The notes under the pieces are model-generated. The model worked only from the letters and a program-made list of their open reading frames with translations. It was not told the origin of the DNA and did no database searches. A stretch of 41,775 nucleotides of DNA, from UHGV virus genome UHGV-0209075; one strand, written 5' to 3'. The stretch comes from a virus. A program made the position numbers and the translations under genes. Positions 1-6,938 of the stretch are shown in pieces (position 1 is the stretch's first letter; each line of letters starts with the position of its first letter).

Positions 1-58
1 CTGAGGGTGCAGAAATCCCTCCGGTTAAGGATTAAATTTTTAACAGAGCTAAATTTAA

Positions 59-415
59 TTATTCAGTTCTGGATTTTGTCGCCCTGCGTATCCGCGCTTT
101 CGCGTTACGCTCAATCTGAATTAGCTTTTCTATATTTTTTCGCCTTTCCCGCTCCTCCTGGCGCAAGTGCCTTACATCATCTGCCAGTCTGGTTTCTCTT
201 TTCGCCACAGAGAGCATCCAGTCAAATGGCTCCACAACTGCACCGCAGATTTTACAGCGGACCTGACGCTCTTTTTCGTCAACCCGGACAGAGGCGTGAT
301 GACAATATGGTCTTTCCGATGGCTCATAAAGAAAATTAACCTGATTACGTGGGTCATCCTCTTTTACCGGAAATAAAACAATATTACTTAACTCATCTTC
401 TGGATTTATTTCCAC
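59..415 (-). CDS. nin-region small protein with Cys/His cluster (PYCHH...CKIC) and basic coiled-coil C-terminus; function unknown
   Basis: ORF-track ORF 59..496; start placed at GTG 415 preceded by AAGGAG with 6-nt spacer, 1 nt after the TGA of the upstream gene (translational coupling). Confidence 0.5.
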   Translation of the reverse strand: MEINPEDELSNIVLFPVKEDDPRNQVNFLYEPSERPYCHHASVRVDEKERQVRCKICGAVVEPFDWMLSVAKRETRLADDVRHLRQEERERRKNIEKLIQIERNAKARIRRATKSRTE

Positions 416-416
416 G

Positions 417-926
417 TCACTCTCCTTTGATGCGAATGCCAGCGACGCGTGGCACATTAACTTCCACAATGCGCACAGTTGGTTTGTACATCTCAATTGC
501 TGTCAGCCAGTCAGCGCCAGTCATGCGCTTTTCTGCATCGCCATTAGTCCACTTAACCGGTACACCAATAGCCTTCATCGCGATTTCTATTTCCCCGGCA
601 ATGGCGCTTTTTCCGCAACCAGTAAAACCAGAAACAACGACAAGAACTTCGCCTTTGGCTGGTTTTATTTCCCGTGCTTCCAGTTCTGCAATGCGCTTCT
701 CTGCGGCTTCCAGCTCAACACGCAGCTTCCCTACCGTTAGCGCAATTTCCTCGTTCTCCTGATCGCGGCGTTTTATGTATTGCTGGTTTCTTTCCAGTTC
801 ATCCAGTAATGCCAGCACAACCTGAGGTGTGACCTTCATACGAAATGCCAGCAATTTTTGTGGTGTGGCTGCTATTTTTATTGCTTCTGCCGCCCCACGC
901 AGTGCCTGATAGTCAATCTTGCTCAC
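417..926 (-). CDS. coiled-coil protein with Walker-A-like GFTGCGKS motif; function unknown (nin region)
   Basis: ORF-track ORF 417..956; start placed at GTG 926 preceded by AGGAGG with 6-nt spacer, overlapping the stop of the upstream gene by 14 nt. Confidence 0.5.
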   Translation of the reverse strand: MSKIDYQALRGAAEAIKIAATPQKLLAFRMKVTPQVVLALLDELERNQQYIKRRDQENEEIALTVGKLRVELEAAEKRIAELEAREIKPAKGEVLVVVSGFTGCGKSAIAGEIEIAMKAIGVPVKWTNGDAEKRMTGADWLTAIEMYKPTVRIVEVNVPRVAGIRIKGE

Positions 927-1656
927 TGGTTGCCTCCTGGCAAAGTTGGGCGACAATATCGCGATATTTATTCAGCTCCCGCAGCGCGGCACATACTCGC
1001 TCCCATTTCCGGATATCACTTTTCGCCCGACGCAGTTCGCGGTTTGCCTGTCGCAGCGATGGCAGAACCAGATTATCCACTCGCTTCTCAAGCGGCTGCA
1101 CAATGCCCGCCACAGTTTCTGTTTTAATATCTTCCTGTGTTGCAGCTTCCTGTACTGGTAACGCAACACATGCAGGCTGAGGAAAGGCTTTACCATCAGT
1201 TTCCGCTACCGATGCCGCTTTCGGCTCTGCTGGTAAATTACCGCCCGGCATGCAGTAACGAAATTTACCGTTCTGATTAACACGAATCAGACGACCTTTG
1301 CTGATTGCCATTGCCAGCGTTGAAGCCACTTTGCGGGATGTTGTACCGAACAGCGTAGCCAGTTCATCCGCCGTTTGTGGTCCGCGTTGTTCAATCGTCG
1401 CGGTTAAATCGCACTCTGAGATTTTCGCTACTGTCGCCGTGGTGGTTTCTTCCGGCTGTTCTTCTGGCGCTGGCTGTTCCTGCTGAACGTTGTTATCAGC
1501 CACACGCCAGGTGTATACGCTTTTATCAACGAAGCCAGCCTTTTTCAGTTCCCACAGCTCGTTCAGTACTTCTTCACGACTGATATCAAGTCGCGCAGCC
1601 AGCTCTACCGACGTGGCTTTTCCCATCGCTTTCAGTGCGTCAAAAACAGTCTCCAT
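913..1656 (-). CDS. putative winged-helix DNA-binding protein (resembles DUF1627-type prophage proteins), nin region
   Basis: 247-aa ORF with GGGAGG SD; N-terminal ~60 aa look like a wHTH ([28 protein letters not shown]), Pro/Glu-rich linker, coiled-coil C-terminus. Confidence 0.5.
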   Translation of the reverse strand: METVFDALKAMGKATSVELAARLDISREEVLNELWELKKAGFVDKSVYTWRVADNNVQQEQPAPEEQPEETTTATVAKISECDLTATIEQRGPQTADELATLFGTTSRKVASTLAMAISKGRLIRVNQNGKFRYCMPGGNLPAEPKAASVAETDGKAFPQPACVALPVQEAATQEDIKTETVAGIVQPLEKRVDNLVLPSLRQANRELRRAKSDIRKWERVCAALRELNKYRDIVAQLCQEATSEQD

Positions 1657-1688
1657 AAATTTCCTCCCGGTAAAAATTACTTCTCAAC

Positions 1689-2354
1689 TCAAACAAAACC
1701 AGCCGCTTTCCGGCGTTCATACTCCTGTTTCAGCAACTCAATTGGCGTTGGTCCCGACGGGCGTTTGGGTGCCGCCAGTTGTCGCCGGACTGGCGGAATG
1801 CTCAGGCCATTACCAACATGCTTTGCCCATTTCGTCAGTTGCCATTCTGCAAGCCGTTTTAGCTCCCCTTCGGTCATCTGGCGCTCAATCCCCTTTGAAC
1901 GCATCTCGAGGCAAATGTGATACAGCACAGGCTGAGACCACGGGTACTTATCACTTCCGTCATATCGCCAGGACTCATTGCGCCAGCGGCGGTACTCCTC
2001 CATCACAGCATCCACCGTCAGACCGAATGGATTGGCTCCGCTTTCCGAAATCAGTGCGACAAACTCAGCCAGGTCCGGAGGCCATGTTTCACCCGCCCGG
2101 CAGCGGTCCATGCACTGGCGGCAGACCTGTCGGATTTGCTGCTCAGTCATCGCGCCAATCTGTGCAATCCAGAGCTTCGAAGGTGCGGCCCCGTTCTTCT
2201 GGGTCCAGCGGTTCGAATAAACCTCCCCCATGAGCTCCCACAGCTTCCACGCCGTTTCCGTCGCTGATAAATCCGTTTTCACGTTCCCACTGCTCACGTG
2301 CTGCCCGAATTTCCTGAACTGCCCGTGATGCGGTGCCACCTGGTGCGGCTGCAT
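1689..2354 (-). CDS. replication protein P-like (helicase loader)
   Basis: Immediately downstream of O-like gene; C-terminal half resembles lambda P by eye (YPW motif, basic C-terminus); start uncertain (ATG at 2354, 2231 or 2150) because the longest ORF overlaps the O-like ORF by 212 nt. Confidence 0.6.
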   Translation of the reverse strand: MQPHQVAPHHGQFRKFGQHVSSGNVKTDLSATETAWKLWELMGEVYSNRWTQKNGAAPSKLWIAQIGAMTEQQIRQVCRQCMDRCRAGETWPPDLAEFVALISESGANPFGLTVDAVMEEYRRWRNESWRYDGSDKYPWSQPVLYHICLEMRSKGIERQMTEGELKRLAEWQLTKWAKHVGNGLSIPPVRRQLAAPKRPSGPTPIELLKQEYERRKAAGFV

Positions 2355-3156
2355 GGCTCACCCCCTTGCTGACTGGTTTAACCTGTGCCCTGACGTGATT
2401 TACGTGACGGGCGAATTTCTGCTCCCACTGAACCTGCGTGAAAACTTTCCCCTCCGCTGCCCAGTAGTCCCGGAAAGTGGCAAGTTCAGCAGGCGTAAAT
2501 TCCGGCTCCGACAGAGCCACTCCCCACAGTGCAGCCCGCCGTCGAAAATCCGGCGACGGATGCCAGCCATCGGTCATCGGAAATTTCCCGATGGGTTCGC
2601 TCAGGCCTTCCAGGTAATCAGGTTCCGCTGCCTGCAACGGCACGCCATTCGACTCACTGATCGGAGCACTCTCGCGCACGCGCGCGTTATGTGTGGGGTT
2701 TAATTCTTTTAGATCTGTATCTTTATTAGTTGCTTTTGTGTTGGCATCATGTTCAAACACAACACCAACATCTGTTTGAACACCTGTTAAATCTCTCTCT
2801 TGTTTTGTTTGAACATCTGCTTCCTTTCTGCTTCTTCTGGCTTGAACAGATGCTTTTCCGGCGGCTGATTTTTTGGTTAATTTTTCCCTGACTGATGCCA
2901 GATCTTCCTCAATCCGAAGATGCACCCATTCATCGCCGTTATCGCAAAAAAACTCCCTCAAGGATGGTTCCACATCAGCCCATCGCTCGTTAGTCAGACG
3001 GGCAATTTTTGCCAGCCTGTTTTTGGGTATTGGCTTCCCTGTTTGCCAGTAATTGAACATCAGCAACAAATACGCACCGTGCTCCTCTGCTGACAAATGC
3101 ATGGTGTCAGCCAGGTAATCAGCTATGTACAGTTGCATGTATGGTAATGCGGCCAT
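2143..3156 (-). CDS. replication initiator O-like protein with DUF1376/YdaU-type N-terminal domain
   Basis: N-terminus MAALPYMQLYIADYLADTMHLSAEEHGAYLLLMFNYW typical of phage replication-initiation DUF1376 proteins; ATG 3156 preceded by GAGGTGA; synteny cro-cII-O-P. Confidence 0.6.
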   Translation of the reverse strand: MAALPYMQLYIADYLADTMHLSAEEHGAYLLLMFNYWQTGKPIPKNRLAKIARLTNERWADVEPSLREFFCDNGDEWVHLRIEEDLASVREKLTKKSAAGKASVQARRSRKEADVQTKQERDLTGVQTDVGVVFEHDANTKATNKDTDLKELNPTHNARVRESAPISESNGVPLQAAEPDYLEGLSEPIGKFPMTDGWHPSPDFRRRAALWGVALSEPEFTPAELATFRDYWAAEGKVFTQVQWEQKFARHVNHVRAQVKPVSKGVSHAAAPGGTASRAVQEIRAAREQWERENGFISDGNGVEAVGAHGGGLFEPLDPEERGRTFEALDCTDWRDD

Positions 3157-3235
3157 GTTCACCTCATCTGGTGCCGAACCTTCCTCTGGTTATAATCTGT
3201 GATCCCCCAATCAACAGAACCAGAGGAGGTTCGAC

Positions 3236-3631
3236 ATGGATTTTGCAACTATCACAAGTAGCGTTGTGTTGAGTGCATGTGTTGCTGGCGTGGTTTCGCT
3301 GGTTAATGGTGCCTGGCAACGCAAATCGGAACGAACCATTGAAGCGCAACGCCGGGCTGCTGAAGCCAGGGCTAAAATAAGAGAAATGGCTCTCACCCTC
3401 GCATTGAAAGAATGGGAACTTCACCAAACCATATCGAAGACAAAGGGATATGGTGTCAGCGGCCCGGAAGTTTACGTCTTTCGATACTTTCGTATGCTCA
3501 ACCTGATGGAAGAAGACAAATTCACGATTGAAAATCTCAGACTGATCCAGCACGACTCCATGTGCGCCGTCGCAGCGATTCAGGCAGAGATCGAGCGATA
3601 CCGGGAGAAAAACGGCCTCCCGATGCCATAA
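3236..3631 (+). CDS. membrane-anchored protein of unknown function (cargo gene antisense to the replication operon)
   Basis: ATG 3236 preceded by AGAGGAGG (6-nt spacer) and a TATAAT hexamer at 3191-3196; residues ~5-24 hydrophobic helix, then Arg/Glu-rich helix and ~70-aa C-terminal domain. Confidence 0.6.
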   Translation: MDFATITSSVVLSACVAGVVSLVNGAWQRKSERTIEAQRRAAEARAKIREMALTLALKEWELHQTISKTKGYGVSGPEVYVFRYFRMLNLMEEDKFTIENLRLIQHDSMCAVAAIQAEIERYREKNGLPMP

Positions 3632-3635
3632 GCAA

Positions 3636-3836
3636 TCAGTGTTTTTCATCTTTCCAGATCCTCATATCAGGCTTTCGCCCGATGAACCGGCGAAAACAAT
3701 TTAAAATCCATCGGGTGAAGTAATCCCTGAAACCAAAGAGATACCAGGTGAACAGATTCACGATAAAATGTCCGGCCAGAGCCCCACCGATACCACAGGC
3801 AAGAACAGTAAAAAGATCATGTAGATTCACAGGCAT
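3636..3836 (-). CDS. small hydrophobic protein (66 aa, one predicted TM helix, basic C-terminus)
   Basis: ORF 31 nt downstream of cII-like stop, convergent with 3236-3631 (stop codons 4 nt apart); weak SD so coding status uncertain. Confidence 0.3.
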   Translation of the reverse strand: MPVNLHDLFTVLACGIGGALAGHFIVNLFTWYLFGFRDYFTRWILNCFRRFIGRKPDMRIWKDEKH

Positions 3837-3867
3837 CCCCCGTCATTGTTAACACCGTCTCGTACTT

Positions 3868-4293
3868 TTAGTGCATCACCACGGCATTTCCCGCCGGACC
3901 ACCACGATTCATCTGATTGAAACCAGCGATCGCCACTGCAACAAAATCATCAGCGTCTCTCACCAGTCGTTCCCGCGTCTCCACCAGTTCCCGAAACCAG
4001 GCTGAACTGTGGCTGCGCATTCGGGCCACCAGCAGAGGCGGCATTGCTTTTTCGATCGCTGGTAACAACGCCTGAATTTTTTTAACCGCATCAGGGGTGT
4101 CTTTCTCCACCCAGCGGAAAATTTTCTGAGTATTGCGAGCCAGGGCTTCCGGATGGCTGTCGTCATACAGTTCCGGGAACGTCATTCCCAGCTCGAAATA
4201 CGCTTTGGTAATTTTCGCAGCCGGTACTTTTTCGCCGTCCGGATGCGCCCAGGCATTCATCGCCATGCGGATGTGTTCATGCTTGATTTTCAT
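3868..4293 (-). CDS. CII-position regulator, resembles YdaT-family proteins of Rac-like prophages
   Basis: 141-aa ORF translationally coupled to cro-like gene (start/stop overlap at 4290-4293); N-terminus MKIKHEHI; synteny. Confidence 0.5.
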   Translation of the reverse strand: MKIKHEHIRMAMNAWAHPDGEKVPAAKITKAYFELGMTFPELYDDSHPEALARNTQKIFRWVEKDTPDAVKKIQALLPAIEKAMPPLLVARMRSHSSAWFRELVETRERLVRDADDFVAVAIAGFNQMNRGGPAGNAVVMH

Positions 4294-4505
4294 GAATCAT
4301 TCTTTCCTTCGTTCGAGGTGCTATCCTGCTTCTTGTAAAGTTCTGGGTTGTATTTCAATTCACCGTTAGTAATTTCATCCAGTTCCATTGCGCGAAGTTT
4401 GGGAATAACTGCTTGCCACCGCACAACAGCCACATGTGAAATTCCAAGAGCCTCAGCTACTAGTCGCTTTTTTTTGAAATAGCGCAGAACATCATCTTTG
4501 AACAT
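4290..4505 (-). CDS. Cro-like HTH regulator (YdaS/Cro type)
   Basis: 71-aa ORF divergent from repressor; HTH segment KKRLVAEALGISHVAVVRWQ; AGGAGA SD 5 nt upstream of ATG 4505. Confidence 0.7.
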   Translation of the reverse strand: MFKDDVLRYFKKKRLVAEALGISHVAVVRWQAVIPKLRAMELDEITNGELKYNPELYKKQDSTSNEGKNDS

Positions 4506-4534
4506 AAAACTCTCCTGTTATTTCGAGCAGGAGG

Positions 4535-4596
4535 GTAACAATAGTTACATAGCAATGTCAACCATAGCAACATCACTTGGTAGTAACATTGGTTAC
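4535..4596. promoter_or_regulatory. OR-like operator region: two 14-bp dyads GTAAC-N4-GTTAC (4535-4548, 4583-4596) in the repressor/cro intergenic region
   Basis: GTAACAATAGTTAC and GTAACATTGGTTAC, centre-to-centre 48 bp; the second abuts the repressor ATG at 4597. Confidence 0.5.
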
Positions 4597-5271
4597 ATGA
4601 AAAACACTATCAGCGAACGTATTCGGAATCGTCGAAAAGACGTTGGATTAACCCAACAGCAGGTTGCGAAAGCAATCGGCATATCTCGTGTATCCGTAAC
4701 AAAATGGGAAAATGGCTCTTCAAAACCTGACGGTGAGAATTTGCATCTACTGTCAAAATTGCTTTCCAAATCTCCTGAATGGATTCTTTATGGAAAGGAC
4801 GGTCACGATAAAACCGATGATCTGCGTCTGAATCAGTATCTTTACATTAGTGACAACATCGCCCGGTTGCCCGTTTTAACGTGGGAACAGGCTGGTTATT
4901 GGGATATGAGTTGTCCAGTAACCGAGATTCCTGGCATTAAGAATTGGGTTGATGTCATGACAAAAACCGCTGAAAACTCTTTTTTATTGCATGTTGAGGG
5001 AGATGCGATGACAAACTCTAACGGCCTCCCAACCATCCCCGATGGATCTACCGTGCTGATCACACCATGCTCAAGTAACATTAGAGAACTGGTGGGAAAA
5101 ATAATCTTAATCCAATTGGAAGGAACGCCAAACGTAACACTAAAAAAAGTTGCGATTGACGGACCAAACATCTATCTGTTGTCACTGAATCCGCTTTACA
5201 AACCCATCGAACTGAATGGTGGTTACACCATTAAAGGTAAAGTTTCACAAATACATCAATACTTAGACTGA
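4597..5271 (+). CDS. cI: CI-type repressor (HTH_XRE N-domain + LexA/S24-like C-domain) with Ala at the nucleophile position (GDAM instead of GDSM)
   Basis: HTH LTQQQVAKAIGISRVSVTKWENG; C-domain motifs HVEGDAMTNSNG and VTLKKV align by eye with lambda CI EVEGNSM / FTFKKL; start taken at ATG 4597 (ORF-track ORF begins at TTG 4498). Confidence 0.8.
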   Translation: MKNTISERIRNRRKDVGLTQQQVAKAIGISRVSVTKWENGSSKPDGENLHLLSKLLSKSPEWILYGKDGHDKTDDLRLNQYLYISDNIARLPVLTWEQAGYWDMSCPVTEIPGIKNWVDVMTKTAENSFLLHVEGDAMTNSNGLPTIPDGSTVLITPCSSNIRELVGKIILIQLEGTPNVTLKKVAIDGPNIYLLSLNPLYKPIELNGGYTIKGKVSQIHQYLD

Positions 5272-5277
5272 GTCAGA

Positions 5278-5300
5278 ACCCGCATTCATTGCGGGTTTTT
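5278..5300 (+). terminator. rho-independent terminator after repressor gene
   Basis: ACCCGCA-ttcat-TGCGGGT stem followed by TTTTT, 7 nt after the repressor stop. Confidence 0.65.
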
Positions 5301-5333
5301 CACGCTCTCAAATGTACCTTTTGCAACATCGTA

Positions 5334-5362
5334 TTGACTCGAAAGGTAACTCTTGTTACCTT
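5334..5362 (+). promoter_or_regulatory. candidate PL-like promoter with a third operator dyad in the spacer
   Basis: TTGACT (5334-5339), 17-bp spacer containing GTAACTCTTGTTAC (5346-5359), then TACCTT; same dyad as the two OR-like operators. Confidence 0.35.
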
Positions 5363-5682
5363 AACGGCATACCAACCCACCCCGCCCCACAGAATGCAGG
5401 GCAATACTTCGAGTTACCAGGCAGTGGTCAGGGGTTAAGTAGCCAGCCCGAGGCGTAAGAACATGACGGCAGGGTTCAACTTTAATAACTATGCAGCAGG
5501 TTTTTGTTCCGCTACCCCGGCGTTAAGGGGAAACAGAGGATTTCTCAGTGGGCGAAGTCAAACATCAGAATGGAAGGCATCCCGGGATCGGCAAAGAAGC
5601 AGCAATGGCGCTTTATATTGACATCAGCGCCATTGCCGGACAGGTAAGAATTATCAGAGCGGTAACTAAGCGGTATGCGCCT

Positions 5683-5883
5683 TTACTTCAGAAAGTCTCT
5701 GGTGAGTGCACCGAAGATATTGTCAACGATTTCGTCATCGAACTGCGAGGACTCATCTTCAGTTACAAGGTGACCACAATTTTTGCAGATGGCTCCCGCG
5801 AAACTGTCAGAGCCCTGCGGCTTAAAGGATGTGTCAAAGACTTCGCCACCACATTCTGGGCAAGAAAACTTGATTGTACTCAT
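5683..5883 (-). CDS. small zinc-ribbon protein (CPECGG...CKNCGH), acidic C-terminus; function unknown
   Basis: 66-aa ORF from ATG 5883 preceded by AGAGGA (8-nt spacer); two CxxCG pairs; a 9-bp-stem hairpin (about 5603-5634) lies downstream; convergent with repressor. Confidence 0.5.
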   Translation of the reverse strand: MSTIKFSCPECGGEVFDTSFKPQGSDSFAGAICKNCGHLVTEDESSQFDDEIVDNIFGALTRDFLK

Positions 5884-5975
5884 AACCAATTTCCTCTCGA
5901 GTAACAGACCCCTCAGAGGATACCACCTCGCCTGACGTGGTTAAAAGCAGGCAACGCTAACCACAAGGAGCCGAC

Positions 5976-6194
5976 ATGCAGAAACGAGAACCCGTCATCA
6001 TCGCGCCAGACTATACCGATGATGAACTTTATGAGTGGATGCGCCAGAAAATTAATGCAGCGCAGGATCTGAAATGGGCCAATGAAGCCAAGGCTAAGCA
6101 GGCTGAAAATCTGTCCGCTCTGGAGCAGGATATCACCAGGCTGGAAAAAGCAGCGGCATTAAGCATTGCCAGAATGATTACATACCAGCGTTAA
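5976..6194 (+). CDS. small coiled-coil protein (72 aa); function unknown
   Basis: ATG 5976 preceded by AAGGAG (5-nt spacer); divergent from zinc-ribbon gene with 92-bp intergenic region. Confidence 0.5.
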   Translation: MQKREPVIIAPDYTDDELYEWMRQKINAAQDLKWANEAKAKQAENLSALEQDITRLEKAAALSIARMITYQR

Positions 6195-6200
6195 TAGCTA

Positions 6201-6283
6201 ACCAACGAAGCTAAGGTTGGTAATTAAGGAGTTCTCCACGGGTGAAGTGGAGTGCGTGCGCCGGACACGGGTGAACATCCGGC
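6201..6283 (+). other. three tandem stem-loops; the second and third share the motif CACGGGTGAA
   Basis: ACCAAC/GTTGGT (6201-6221), CTCCAC/GTGGAG (6234-6252), GCCGGA/TCCGGC (6260-6283); 10-mer CACGGGTGAA at 6237-6246 and 6266-6275; no U-tracts. Confidence 0.4.
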
Positions 6284-6578
6284 ACTGACAGTTTACTGAA
6301 AGGATATTTCTCTGAAAAGTCAGAGCATAACGCGAAAGCACACGGAGAAGCTCGTCTCTCTGTACTTTGTCGTTAAATTTAATTCGACCGTGCGCTTCCG
6401 GTTGTGGCAATCCGCGAAATGGCGCGGCGGTAAGTATGGCGGGGTTATTCCTTCCCCTTGAGGACACCGGGTTGTCAGGCTGACCATACGCTTAAGTGAC
6501 AGCCACGCCACAATATCCATGTGTAGTCTTTGGTGGCATCAGTTCTACTCCGTGACTGCTCTGCCGCCCTTTTTAAAG

Positions 6579-6732
6579 TGAATTTTGTGATGCGGTGAAT
6601 GCGGCTCAGCGCACGCGGAACAGTTAAAACAAGCGGTCTTTTACGGGCGTAACGGGAATGCTCTGTATCCGGCGTTAATTGTTAACTGGTTAACGTCACC
6701 TGGAGGCACCAGGCACCGCATCACAAAATTCA
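6579..6732. repeat. 154-bp element bounded by a perfect 19-bp inverted repeat (TGAATTTTGTGATGCGGTG / CACCGCATCACAAAATTCA)
   Basis: Arms at 6579-6597 and 6714-6732 are exact reverse complements; right arm ends 5 nt before the GAGGA SD of the 6750 ORF; interior contains GTTAACTGGTTAAC and CCTGGAGGCACCAGG palindromes. Confidence 0.6.
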
Positions 6733-6749
6733 TTGTTGAGGACGCGATA

Positions 6750-6938
6750 ATGGAAACGTTATTACCAAACGTTAATACGTCTGAAGGTTGTTTTGATATT
6801 GGTGTTCTGCTCAGTAACCGGGAGTTTACGGAAGATGCCATTAAGATGAGAAAATATGAACCTTATCTTCTCAATGATAATTCCATACTTTCCAGAATTG
6901 CCCTTCTTGAACTTGGTATTATCGGAGAACAGCAGTGA
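6750..6938 (+). CDS. small protein (62 aa), AT-rich cargo gene; function unknown
   Basis: ATG 6750 preceded by GAGGA (7-nt spacer); lower GC than neighbours. Confidence 0.4.
   Translation: METLLPNVNTSEGCFDIGVLLSNREFTEDAIKMRKYEPYLLNDNSILSRIALLELGIIGEQQ

Noticed and set aside
3164-3649. 161-aa minus-strand ORF spanning the replication-module insert
   Set aside because: Lies exactly antisense to the well-supported plus-strand gene 3236-3631, has no SD and a low-complexity, Cys-rich translation; treated as a shadow ORF.
5548-5904. 118-aa plus-strand ORF with GAGGA SD downstream of the candidate PL
   Set aside because: Not rejected outright but not called as a feature: it fully overlaps the zinc-ribbon gene on the opposite strand, whose paired CxxCG motifs are unlikely to arise by chance, and a hairpin that looks like that gene's terminator falls inside it. 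Needs expression data.
6579-6732. Retron msr/msd hypothesis for the inverted-repeat element
   Set aside because: No reverse-transcriptase-like ORF (no YxDD-containing protein) anywhere nearby.
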